A stretch of 64,000 bases of DNA from Octopus sinensis (lineage: Eukaryota): contig NC_043005.1 of assembly GCF_006345805.1 (NCBI RefSeq), positions 103,416,001 to 103,480,000 on the forward strand. Reading direction: 5' to 3'. A program made the translations under genes and the position numbers. A model generated the notes under the pieces. The model was not told the DNA's origin and searched no databases. It saw nothing but the letters and a program-made list of their open reading frames with translations. The number at the start of each line of letters is the position of its first letter. Position 1 is the stretch's first letter. This document shows, in pieces, positions 13,146 to 26,090 of this stretch.

Positions 13146-14610
13146 CGACGTGCATTCCAGAAGGTTTGAGAGTTTTATATATGAAGCAATCATAATTTCC
13201 TAAGTTATTGTGATTTTAGAATATCATTATTATACATATAGTATGGTGGCCAATATTTTTTTCAGACTAGAGAAATCGGATGTGACACCACATTAATCTC
13301 ACCCTAATAAACACCGCTTGTTACAGCTCCCTAGTTTGTAGAATTTAGTCGGGACAATTTGAAGCTTGCTAAGCAATAAGCTTTTGTTCTAAACTGGCAG
13401 AAAACGATACAGAACCTTATGAAATGCTCCATACACCTTATGGATAAACTTGTGCGAATCGGTCATCTGCTTTTCGCTGGCACAAGAGGTTCAAGGATAG
13501 TAGAGAAAAGATGAGAGATATTGAGAGGAGTGACATGGTCAGGGGCCGCAGAACATCAGAGTGGGTTGAGAAAATTCGGAATTTTCTGGATGGAAACTAT
13601 CGAGTGCTTATAAAGACAAAACGCATACAGTTTGACGATGATGTGGAAATTGTTCGCTGAACGGTTCAAGGATAGCAGAGAAAAGATGAGGGACGATGAG
13701 TGGAGTGGCATGGTGAAGGGCCGCAGAATATCATCGTGGATTGGAAAAACTCGGAATTTTCTGGATGGTAACTGTCGAATGTCTATAAAGACAACAAGCA
13801 TGCAGTTTGACGATGATGCGGCAATTGTACTCGGAATTATTGACGAAGATCTGAGCATGTGTAAAATGTGTACAAAGTTTTGTTCCCAGTCTGGTCATTG
13901 ACGAACAAAAGGAAAGGAGCGTCTGTAACTGCAGGGAGATTGTTGAGTTAATTACCTCCAACCCAAGAGTAAATGAGTCTACGATGACGTATGACGAAAG
14001 CTGGACCAACTGTTGTGATCCAGTGACCAAGAGACTGAGTACTCAATGGAGGTATCTTGTCTCCTCGCGGCTTAAGAAAGCCAGGCAAGCACCTTCACCT
14101 GGAAGCTCATGTTATCCTCTTTTTCAACAGTAAGGACATCATCTACATGCTCTGGTGTCCTTCTGACCAGATGATGAACAAAGAGTATTTTGTGGAGCTT
14201 TTGAAGAAATTTAGGAAAAAGTCACATCACAAAAGCCAAAGTTCTTCTACTCGGGTCGATGGCACCAAGACGAGGTAATGCAGCAACAGTCCACAATTCT
14301 ATTCTGCTAAACAAATACTTGACAGAGATGGGCATCAAAACTATCCGTCATCCTCCCTTGAGTCCAGATCTCGTTTCCTGTGACTTTTGGTTACTCTCCA
14401 AGCTGAAAGAAAATTTGGGTACTGAAGACTTTGTTAAGATGAAGACGGTTGTGTCAAAGGCCTTTGACACCTTCAGTTTCGCGGACGTCCACGGAATCTT
14501 CATGAAGTGGCCGAAGCTCTACAGCAAGCACATTGAAATGAGAGAATCCTACTTTGAAAGTTGTTAAAGTTTTGTACTTCTTTGAAATAAAGAAGTTTCT
14601 GGAATGCAAT
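13146..14610 (+). pseudogene. Tc1/mariner transposon with decayed transposase
   Basis: TIR remnants TGCATTCCAGAA / TTCTGGAATGCA; motifs WHKRFKD, TYDESW..DP, WHQD..NA, HPPLSPDLVSCDFWLLSKLKENL; many stops and frameshifts. Confidence 0.9.
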
Positions 14611-14652
14611 TCACTTTCTTACGTCATTGTAAAGTTGTTTTGTCATGAGTTA

Positions 14653-14866
14653 CTTATTTCTTTATAGACCACAAGGGGCTAAACATAGAGGGGACAAACA
14701 AGGACAGACAAAGAGATTAAGTTGATTAGATCGACCCCAGTGCGTAACTGATACCTAATTTATCGACCCCGAAAGGCTGAGTGGCAAAGTCGACCTCGGC
14801 TGAGGTAGACAAAATACCGCTAGGCATTTCGCCCGGCGTGCTAAAGTTTCTGCTAGCTCGCTGCCC
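14653..14866 (-). mobile_element. Family A SINE monomer with internal deletion and TSD
   Basis: 14-bp TSD TTTGTCATGAGTTA at 14639-14652 and 14867-14880. Confidence 0.9.
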
Positions 14867-16713
14867 TTTGTCATGAGTTATTGCATGTAAAAATATGCCC
14901 TGGTGGCAAAATATAACGAAAATTATTATTGATTGGTAGAATCGTTATAACAGCAGAGATATACTTGCTTTATTTGTTCTGTCTTCACATTCTGGGTTCA
15001 AATCTCGTCAACTTTATCTTCCTTTCTTTCGGATTCGATAAAATAGAGTATCACTCAAGTTGATAGAATCGACGAAACCACTGCTTTCAAAACAGCTGTC
15101 TTCAGATAAAAAGAGCTCTCGTTTTTGTTGCTGCTGGTTTTTGTATTTGACTTAAGGAAATATGCTGCTCTGAAGAATTTGGATATTTACTAAGCATAAA
15201 TAAAGGAAACAATGTCTTCTTTATAAATATTTTCATGAGAAAATTTTGCGGCATATCCCTTCCATTTCGGAAGAGAAGAAAGCCTTGTATTTATACGTTC
15301 TCAGTACAAATGTGCTGTGGTTATATTCAACTACTTTTAACTAGATTGACAACACACCCACCCACGAGAATTTTCATGAAATACATAACTGAAAGTTGAG
15401 ATACAACAAAGACTATGATAATGGCCGTTAGTGTCATTTTTCTTTTCGGGGTACTATCAGTTGCACCACTGGAAAACACGAATAAAACTGCTTTGTCCTT
15501 TCTCCCAAGAGACTATGAAGAATCTAAAAACCCGAAAGTGGAGTAATGAGTAATGGAAAACCGACCATTTCTCAGTGGCACCACTTCGCTGTTATACAAT
15601 GAGGCGGATGTAAGAGAAACAACAGAAGATTGATAGGTTGTTGGGGACATCTCGAAAGAGAAAAATAAGAACACAAGTGGAAAGCAGCTTAGTGACGTTG
15701 AAAAGTTTTTGTTTTTCAATTAAAAAGTTACAATTTTTGTCATTTTTATTTTGCCGGCCATTTTTGAGGCAGAATTTAATTGATAGAAAAAGTCAATGCT
15801 TATCTTGGTGCGTTGTCAGAATAACCACGTATTTATATTAAACGCAAACAGTATCGTTGCCTTTCTATTCTTTTCTGTTTGTGATAAAAACAAATGTGTA
15901 AATAATCATGCTTAATTCGCGACCTGGTATCATCAATTCTTGGCCATTTTATTTCATTCACATCAATAATGTACCTGGGAAAGGCATGAACATTAAAACA
16001 TCTCGGTCTTCCTCCTTTACATTTAAAATTGTGACAATGTAATTAATTTCTCCTTATTTTTGAATCCCAGATATCAGCGTGAGTGTATATGAATGTATGT
16101 TACAGTGGTATGAATGCGCAATGCCTACTTATTGAATTTAGTTTGCAGAATACTGATCTGTTAAATATGCTCGTGGAACGTAAAATAGGGGACTGTCTGA
16201 ATTGGCAGACTTCACTAGGTTGCATGTTTGAAGAATGATCCTTCGGCAGATAAAGGGCTCTTTACATGACCTAAAATCAATTCAAGCCAGTACTGCATGT
16301 GCCAGGTGCGCAGACGAAAATTGGAAGGCAAGAACAGAAGCCTGCGGAATTGCGGAATAACCTAGAGGCTGCTTTCTCTGTTTTTGTTTGTTTGTGTGGG
16401 TTTTCTTTGTATTCGTATTTGTCTGTGTATGTATTGTGCTTATGCGTGTGCCATGTATATATATATATATATATACATACATACATACATACATACATAC
16501 ATACATACATACATACATACTACATACATCACATATATATAATATAATAATATATATATATATAATTAATATATATATAATATATATATATCTTGACTAC
16601 CGAGTAATGTAACATATTGTATAGATAAATTTCCTCTATTTACATAATATGAGGTCTCTTTCTTTCTTTTGTTATCTTACCGTTTTATCAATATATATAT
16701 ATATATATATAAT

Positions 16714-17262
16714 GTACTGATCAATAGTATCTGGACTGGTGCTATATAAACAAAACTACAACACGTACGAATTTGTTATTTAATCTCCTTCAAAGTTCTC
16801 CCCTTCGAAAGCCACACACTTAATCCTTCGCTGTTTCCATTGATGGAATCATTGCTGGAAATCGTTTTCTGGGATAAACAGCAGCTGCTTCGTCACATTC
16901 ACTTTGATTTCCTCGGTGTCGAATTTGATTTTTGGAAAAAAATAAAACTTGCAGTGGGGTGAGATCCGGAGAATACAGTGGATTTTACACCTGGGGAAAG
17001 CTGTACCTAGCCAAAAACTGCTGCACAAATTGCGCTGAATGGGCAGGTGCGTTGTCAGCTGAAAGCAATTTTGGCACAAACTTGGTAGACATGCGTCTCG
17101 TACACAAATCTTCAGTGATAATGGACTGAACTGAACTGTAACTAATCTGCACGTCTTCTGATAAACCGTAGATGATGATTCGATGATTTCCCCTCACAGC
17201 TACACGCACATCTGTGGTATTTTTCTCAGTTCTTTGGTTGCGTGTCTCTCAGAACATTCGTC
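16714..17262 (-). pseudogene. Internally deleted mariner transposase remnant
   Basis: SVQSIITEDL..KFVPKLLS fused directly to DNAPAHSAQFVQQFLA; YSPDLTP motif; TIR-like end near 16714. Confidence 0.85.
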
Positions 17263-17507
17263 GACTAATTTAATTTGATAAATAAATAAATTGAGTTAAA
17301 TAACAATATACATTAACAAAATAAATTAAATTGAATTAAATACAAAAATAGAAAGAAGAGAAAAAGTAAGTAGATATTAACAAATAAATAAAATAAATAA
17401 AAGTAAATTAAACGAACGAGTATAAACAGGGGATACTGATAATGCAGGCACATTCCCACACGCACACTCTTACTAAACATAGACATACCCGGGGATACAC
17501 GCATGCG

Positions 17508-17551
17508 AACCAGTGATGAGGTCACAGAAGTGTGACGAAAGAACTCTGGCT
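17508..17551 (+). ncRNA. Degenerate minimal type-I hammerhead ribozyme motif
   Basis: CCA-gTGATGA-gGTCACA gaag TGTGAC-GAAA-GAAC-TC-TGG; perfect 6-bp stem II; C3 mutated to G. Confidence 0.7.
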
Positions 17552-17670
17552 GAAATACAATTAATATAAAATAAAGCTGAAGCAAGTGAACACCAAATAT
17601 ATAGTGCGTGTTTTTATTGGCTAAACTGGCAACATGACCATCCCCAAATACAACAATATATATATACATA

Positions 17671-17770
<100 letters not shown>

Positions 17771-17799
17771 CATGTAATGTGTGTATGTGTATATATATA

Positions 17800-17975
17800 T
17801 TACTTTATATATTATTTTTCATTCCCTCTCTCTATTTCCTCTTATTCCCTTCTATCGAAGAGTGTAGGCTCGAAACATAAAAGATTTTTCCATTTTTCCC
17901 GAGCGTTAAACTAATACACTTGCTTGTTGTTCCTACACCGGTCTCCGTCTTTTGTTTTTCTATAAATCTGAACTA
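17800..17975 (+). mobile_element. Penelope-like terminal-repeat fragment with degenerate HHR-like motif at about 17848-17884
   Basis: CTATCGA-AGAGT gtag GCTC-GAAAC-ATA-AAAGA; related fragments in reverse orientation at 40841-41053. Confidence 0.55.
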
Positions 17976-19339
17976 CATATGTATATACACAGTGCTGCCT
18001 AAATTAACCATTATATATATAACAGCCATACAAACCAATTAAAATATATGAACTTGAAAGAATGAACACCACTTACATACGGTAATTTTTCATGTTACAT
18101 GAATGAGAAAAAAGAATCATGTTTTTTTTTTGTATGGGCTTAATAGTTTGTAAATTCGATGACATTTGAATTCAGAACAAACACGGGTGAAATGTGGCCC
18201 TACGCACTAACGATTCTGCCAGCACGCCATCTTACATTATCAGTAACATATTACGAATAGCTTTAATATTTTCCAATGTACTACGCTATATCTGTGTAAA
18301 TTCCCATTTTATGCAATATAGCATTTTTATACGATATACCATTTCGCTAAATATTTGGTGTTGTGCCAAGCTTAGAAATCATTATTGTGATTATTTCGAC
18401 TGTGAAAAATGGAGCTGGTAAATATATATGCATATCATGTATGTATGTATGTATGTATGTATGTATGTATGTATGTATGTATGCATGCATGTATGTATGT
18501 ACGTATCATAATTCTGCTTTTGCCATTTTCTTTTCTTTCCCATTTTCATATTGGTTATTATTATTATTGTTGTTGTTTAACCTGTTTAAGACTTTTACTT
18601 CAGATTCACTTCAAGAATTGTTTTCGCAAATTTCTGTCAGTATTTTTCAGTCTATTCTCCATTGTTATTTCTTCATCGCAACCCCAACAAACTTACGTCA
18701 ATTCGTGCTTTGTTTAGGTTTTTTTTTCTCCTTTTTTTTTATCTTTTGCTATTTGTTTCTTCTTAATTCCATTATTCAACTCTTCACATACTGTTTATTA
18801 TACTGTACTTTTTATAATTTTTACTTTTTCAATCTCTGCTAATTTGCTAACTTTCCATACTGTTCGTGTATTTGTCTACAACAATCAAACTTTGGTACGC
18901 TGCCAAAATTGTTAGAGGTAAGAGAAAAAAAAATCAAGCAAAATTTTTAATGGATGTATGAAACAACAAAATATATGCTACTGAAAATAAAATAAATAGA
19001 ATATTGTTGAAATAAAATAATATTGAATATATTAGATAATTGTTACATCGGTAATTTTTTGTCACTAAAAACAATGTTTTTACAATTGAATACTAACGGA
19101 ATCTGCAGACTTGTTTAGGAAACTGGTTTAATGATCTACACATAAGCGATGGAAAAAATAGGCTGCCGTCAAACAAATGTAAGCTATAAGCATCCGAGAT
19201 TATAAATCTTAAAGATGAGAAACAAAACTCCTACCATTAAAAAATATAAAAACCAATTAAAATATATGAAATAACTAACAATATTCACTTATAGTAATTG
19301 TTTCATAAACCGGAAGAATATATGTGATTAGTAATTAAC

Positions 19340-19417
19340 GAACTCAGAACGTAAAAATGGTGGAAATGCCGCTATGCCTTTTGCTCGGCGTGCTAACGAT
19401 TTAGCCAGCTCGCCACC
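19340..19417 (-). mobile_element. Family A SINE head fragment
   Basis: GAACTCAGAACG..GCGTGCTAACGATTTAGCCAGCTCGCCACC on the plus strand. Confidence 0.7.
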
Positions 19418-19509
19418 TCAATAATGATAATATAGGTTCCAGATTTTGGCATAAGGCTAACGAAGATCGATCAGGGTAAGTCGATTACATCAACCCAAGT
19501 TGCTGGAAA

Positions 19510-19665
19510 ACCCTTTCTTCACTTTTTGTTTTTTCTCTCTTTCTTCCTCTCATTTTCTCTTCGTGTTCTGAATTTCACCGATCTCCTCTTTCTTATCATA
19601 CACATATCTCCTCCATCCATCTATCCACAAATACTACCCATAGATTCTCAAATTTTCATTCACAC
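19510..19665 (+). repeat. Partial copy of the pyrimidine-rich element at 21130-21918
   Basis: Matches about 21480-21680, e.g. CATATCTCCTCCATCCATCTATCCACAAATACTACC. Confidence 0.8.
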
Positions 19666-19823
19666 GGAGACTTATGTATACATATATGTACATAAACACA
19701 CTCGTATACATTTGTATATACTTATATAGGCACGCTCACATACTACACATGCAAATATTATATGTATATACATATATATATTATATATGTATATACATAT
19801 ATATATGTATATGTACTATATAC

Positions 19824-19890
<67 letters not shown>

Positions 19891-20155
19891 CAAGAAATAA
19901 TATTTGTCTCTTTATAGAAACAAAAGGATTTATAGGACTGAAAAAGAAATGCTCAAATCTAATTGAGACGAAGATCAAGATTTGAAACCGATGAGGTTGA
20001 ATTTCTGTTAACTACAGCCACCTGAGTGTTTAGCAATAGCTATTTTTTCTTTTCTTTTGTTTTCTTTTTTGTTCTTTTCAGAAAATTTGGACTTTTAAAT
20101 TATATCAGCCTTTCATAATAAAAAATTGAGCTGTGAGTGTTTCCTGTTTCCTGTT

Positions 20156-20237
20156 TATCCTGATGATGGGGTCATCGCCGTGATGCCCTTTAGTTCAAAT
20201 AAACTGTGGCGATGAGCTCCCAAAATGGCCATAGATA
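20156..20237 (+). ncRNA. Decayed type-I hammerhead ribozyme motif
   Basis: TATC-CTGATGA-stem II (TCATCGCC/GGCGATGA, GGG/CCC)-aAAA-tGGCCa-TA-GATA. Confidence 0.7.
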
Positions 20238-21129
20238 TATGTGAATGTTAAATTTGACCTGTGAAGTTTGCTCATTATGAACTTTTGGACGTTCTTGTGT
20301 GAGGGGATTAAGAAACTTTTTTCAAGATGTATGTGAATTTGACCTGTATTTGTATGAGGGAAGTAAACGACTTATTTCATATATATTTTTTCAAATATTA
20401 AAAACTTTTTTAGTCGGTGGACATTTGTTTTATTTTTATTTATTTTTATTTTTATTTATGTCATATTTGTCTATTAGGCTTTTTGTTAGATTTTGAATTT
20501 TTAACTGTTTATATATTTAACTTTTTGTTAGGCCGTTCTATTTGTATTTTATTCGATTATATATTTTTACCGTCTGTGATTTTATGTATATGTATATTTT
20601 TTCTGTGTTTGGGAACTATGGAGACTTTTATATATGAATAAATGTTTTAAGGGTGGTGTTGTATATAAAGTCGTTGATCCAAATTTAAAGCTTGCTCTAA
20701 ACCAATAGTTCTTTATATATATATATACATATATATATACATATATATATACATATATATATATATATACTATATATAATATAATATATATATATATATA
20801 CATACATACATACACCCACACACAAATACATACATAAAATACATGTACACACATTTACTCACACAGGCATCCGCTTGTGTGTCCATATATGTAGTATTAA
20901 ATTATTGTAATCCTTAGAGAAAGATAGAAATTAAAGATTAAAAATGAAAATAGAAATAAGTAGGATTGTTCGTGATTACCTACGGGGTGTTGTAGATATA
21001 TATATATATATATACTATGTTGTTATTGTGTATATGTGTATGTGTATGTATAGGCGTATGTATATGCCTATATATATGTGCGTGTGTATATATGTATGTA
21101 TACATATTCGCACATAATTATGTATGTGA

Positions 21130-21918
21130 GTGCATACGTACGTATGTCATTATACCTTCTTACCTCTTCTCTGATTCCTACCTATCACTAACCTGTCACA
21201 TACGTCTATTTATAGTAATTTGACATCCTTGTGTTCTTCCCTCCACCTGATATTTTACTACCAAAACTACTACTCACTTCAGCATCACTCCACCCATACC
21301 TTTTCTCTACCCATCCCTTAATGCAGGTCTGTCATATCATCCCTCATCCCTACTCACATATCTCACATTCTTTTACTTCTTACCTTCTCATCTCTTCCTA
21401 TCCCTCTTCCACTCCTCTCCCATCATCCAATCACTTTAACTTGGCCACAAACTACCACTTCTTTTCTCACTTCTTTTACCCTTTCTTCCCTTTCTTCACT
21501 ACCCTCACTTTTTGTTTTCTCTCTCCCTTTTTCTTTTTTTTTCTTTTTTCTCTCTTTCTTCCTCTAATTTTCTCTTCCTGTTCTGAATTTGACCGATCTC
21601 CTCTTCCTTATCATAAACATATCTCCTCCATCCATCTATCCACAAATACTACCAATATATTCTCAAATTTTCATTCATACAACAAAACATATCTATTTAT
21701 ATCTTATTTCTATTTTCATTCTAATATTTCTCCCTAAATACGCTATCTCCTCCTTTTTTCATAATAATTCGAATTCAAATATTTCCTCAATTCAACCTTC
21801 TCACACCGTCTCTGATGAAAGGTTATCCATAATATCCCAGAAACAGCTGTAAGGTTATTTTCTTATAAATGTCCTGAAAACTCCTCACAGCCTTGGATTT
21901 GTTATCTCATTCTCCCTT
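21130..21918 (+). mobile_element. Pyrimidine-rich Penelope-like non-autonomous element ending in an HHR motif
   Basis: CT-rich body partly repeated at 19510; HHR motif at 21808-21855; flanked by microsatellites. Confidence 0.55.
21808..21855 (+). ncRNA. Minimal type-I hammerhead ribozyme motif with partly decayed stem II
   Basis: GTCT-CTGATGA-aaGGtTAT ccata ATAtCCca-GAAA-C AGCT G-TA-AGGT; palindromic stem III ACAGCTGT. Confidence 0.7.
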
Positions 21919-21951
21919 GTGTGTGTGTGTGTGTGTGCGTATGCGTGTGTG

Positions 21952-22005
<54 letters not shown>

Positions 22006-22380
22006 TGTGTGTGCGTGTGCTTATGCGTGTGTATACATTTTTGTATACATATGTAGACACCGTGTATATTTAAATGCCGATTATTTTCCAGTAGTAAGCT
22101 GACGAAGCACGTTCACTGCCTGTGGCCACCTGATGTCATCCACGCTATTTACACAATTCTCGCTGGATCTGCCTCCGGTGGTCTTCCGTGTTCGCTGAGT
22201 AAATATCAAACAACAGAGACGGAAAATAGAATTTACGAGAAAATATAGTTTATCGTAGATTCCAATTCCTTTCTCTATCATTTGTTATTTGCATACATTT
22301 ATACGTGTGGACGGATATGTGCCGCAGCGTGGTTTTCTATGGTTACATTGATGCAAAAACATCCACGTTTAAGTGGGAGC

Positions 22381-22432
<52 letters not shown>

Positions 22433-22455
22433 TGTGTGTGTGTGTGTGTGTGTGT

Positions 22456-22765
22456 GTGGAGGCGCAATGGCCCAATGGTTACGGCAGCGGAGTCGCGATC
22501 GTAAGATCGCTGTTTCGATTCCCAGACTGGGCGTTGTGAGTGTTTATTGAGCGAAAACAACTTAAAGCTTCACCAGGCTCCGGCAGGGCGTGGTGGTGAT
22601 CCCTGCTGTACCCTTTCGCCACAACTTTATCTCGCTCTCTCTTCTGTTGGCCCGCCCGCTTAGCCAGCGTGGTGGCGTCATTCGAAGGCTAAGACAATGC
22701 GAAGCGCATTGTGACCAGCGATGTGTAGCAACATCTGATAGCCTGGTCGGTCACGTGACCACGTG
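22456..22765 (+). mobile_element. Family C SINE head with an alternative 3' tail
   Basis: First 190 bp or so match the 6906/31450 copies; tail GCTTAGCCAGCG..GGTCGGTCACGTGA differs. Confidence 0.85.
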
Positions 22766-23768
22766 ATATATATATATATTCAAACACATATGGTCAGACA
22801 CATACACAGACAGGCATACAAAAAGTCGAGAATCAAATGCCACCAATACACGCTTTTCAACAGACTAACTTCCAAGTGAGAAATGAAGTTGCAATGATTC
22901 TGCTAGTACTATCTCTTTTTGATTTATCGGTAACTAAACGCATTTGATAGTAATTGACATATAAAAATAAGACTGTTAGAAGAGGTTTAGGGCCTCAACT
23001 TTAAACGAGCAATTTGAATCCCACTCGTTGCTATTTTACTTCCTTCTCTATAACTATGCGTAAGAATTCGAAATCCGAAAGTCTTTTTTGCCTCCTTGAC
23101 AATTTATTACATAGAATTATGTAATGAAATCAATATAGCGTGGTAGCTACATCAAGCTTAAGCAATTGTAGTAGAATTGTACAGATACGAGAAGCATTTC
23201 AATATGAATTATGCATAAGTTAGCTCTAGTTGTAAAACGAATATAAGTAATTTAATAAATACGAATAGAAATAACTGTTCTCCTAGGGATTAGCTCTTCA
23301 CCCTACTGTAACTGCCAAGAATATTAGTATATCTCTAATAAAAAATGTATGTGTGTAACTGTAACTCTGTGTGTTTATATTTATTGGTGGTCAGAAACTG
23401 AATACGTGGAAACGTGTAAGAAAAGAAAAATCAAATGTAAGAATTAGAAATGTAACTGAAAACAGAAACGGTGACAGGATACGCTGCTGCACAAAGAGAA
23501 ATACAGATAAAGGAATAGAAAAGTGATAAAGATGGAACAAGTAATACTACGGATGCAATTAACAGACTTCATAATGAGAAGACAACTCAATTTATCCCAT
23601 AACACAGACGACATAACATGTAATCAACATGTAAGAAATCTCCTTGCTATTTCTGTATGTCTGCTGTTTATGGTATGTCGTACTTGTAATTTCGTCTCGT
23701 TATTAGATCTCTATTACAGCTGGCATAAATGTAAACATAAAAATGCACACACACACACACACACACAC

Positions 23769-23808
<40 letters not shown>

Positions 23809-24892
23809 CGAGAAAGATAGATAGATAGACTTATTATGTAGATACAGATATAGATGTATACATACATATATACATATATATGTATGTATAAGTATACATG
23901 TATGTATATATTTATGTTATGTTATATATATATATAAAACATATAATATATATATATTATATATGTATGAGTGTGTGTATATGTATGTATATATAAATAT
24001 TCAAATAAATATTTTGTTGTTGATTGGAAGTGTGAAGTGAAAACTTATATAGTGTATACACACATACGCGCATGACCACATACACATATATTTAGAAATA
24101 CATATATATATATTTTTACTTATATACGTATATGTACATGTTTACATGTACGCACATATATGTATGTGTACCTATGTATCTACACACAAACACATATATA
24201 TATACATTTAAACAGATATACATACATATATATACATATAAATATAAATACGTATAATATATATATATATATAAGCTGATTATGTATGTGCCTGTATGTA
24301 TGCGTGTGCATTTGTATGTTTGTGTGGTTGGTGAGGGTTGATTCTTTGTATTATTTGCTGCTCAATATAGTTTGCAACTTCAAACGTCTGACGGGATGAA
24401 AATCTCTGCTAAATACAGGCTTAGTTATTTATCAACAACACTAACGCAGCCATTATAATCACCATGATTACGATATTTCTATACAACACACCTTGGTAGT
24501 TTACACTTCCTTTCATATATAACTTTATTCCTTATATAAGTACGCATACATACATTCATACATACATATGTACCTATATATATATATTATATATATATAG
24601 TGTGCAGATATACCAATATTCGTATATACATATAAGCATATATATAAGTATGTGTGTGTATGTTTATGTATATTTGTATATATTTTCATTGAATAGAATC
24701 AAATTCTATTGAGATAAATATTTTGTTGGTAGTGTTGTTGTCGTTATTGTTGTTCCATCGATAAGTATTTTAGAGGTAAATAACATAAAAGAGATGTCTA
24801 CCTTTGAGGTAATTCTGTCTTATGATAGATGTGAAGGCTGAGAAGCTTGCAACGGTCGCTCGCTGATGCTCTACTTATAATTATTATTATCG

Positions 24893-24946
<54 letters not shown>

Positions 24947-25072
24947 TTATTACTACTACTACTATTATTATATTATGGTGGGGAGGCAAAGCAAATATAA
25001 TCACGAAGAAATAAAAATAAAACATTGAAAATAAAACCCTTTTCACTTTATGTTTACACAAGACAAAGCCGA

Positions 25073-25129
<57 letters not shown>

Positions 25130-25383
25130 CATTATTATCATCATCATCATTACTTAGTGGGTTACTTCGATTAAATCGATCACATTTCCTTATGATGTTT
25201 TCATTATGGTATATGTTAAGGATTTCTTTGAAAAACGTATAAACAAAAAAAGCTATCTTCTGAAATATGAAATTGTAAATTGTACACTATGCCGCACTAT
25301 GATTTCGATCGTCGCTCCCTGTCCATCATATCAAAAATATTTACAGTCCGGCGTTGATGAAATTACTGACATACATACACACA

Positions 25384-25422
<39 letters not shown>

Positions 25423-25452
25423 CATACATATATACATACGCATATATATATA

Positions 25453-25560
25453 TGAGGGGCGTGTGAAAAGTTTTGAACCTTGAAGTTTTGTACCTTCATC
25501 AGAAGTCATGTACCATGTTTTTCACTTTTTTTAGGTTCAAGACTTTTCCCACAACCCTCG
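25453..25560. mobile_element. Mariner-type MITE, about 108 bp, TA-flanked
   Basis: TA|TGAGGGGCGTGTGAAAAGTTTTGAACCT at left, AGGTTCAAGACTTTTCCCACAACCCTCG|TA at right. Confidence 0.75.
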
Positions 25561-25849
25561 TATGTGTGTGTGTGCGCGTGTGTGTGTGTGCGCGTGTGTG
25601 TGTGTGCGCGTGCGTGTGTGTGTGCGCGTGTGGTGCGCGTGTGTGTGTGTGCGCGTGTGTGTGCGCGTGTGTGTGTGTGCGCGTGTGTGTGTGCGCGTGC
25701 GCGCGCTTGTCTGTATGTATGTATGCATATATATACGCGCTAACAATGTTTCGTTTCTACACTCTTTTCCCTATTACTAAATAAATTGAAGTCTATAGAC
25801 TTTAGCTATCATCGTATAATATACGGATGCAATACCCTCTGTTCTTAAA

Positions 25850-25946
25850 GATTTCCCCTAAAGATGTTGTATATACGGATGTTATACCTTTGTTCTTAAA
25901 GAACAAAGGTATCGCATCCGTATATACAACATCTTTTGGGGAAATC
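25850..25946. repeat. Near-perfect hairpin (arms of about 47 bp) preceded by a direct partial copy
   Basis: GATTTCCCCTAAAGATGTTGTATATACGGATG..GTTCT versus its reverse complement; 25819-25851 repeats part of the arm. Confidence 0.9.
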
Positions 25947-26090
25947 CTGTGTTGGGATTTCATTAGTATCTGAATATCCTCTGTATTTCTCTGGCGAAAT
26001 ATTACTCATCTGTGCAATATTATAAAACACTTGAGTACATCGGTTGGCTTGATGTATTTTGCTTGTGATATATTTTAGCATTCAGTAAAA

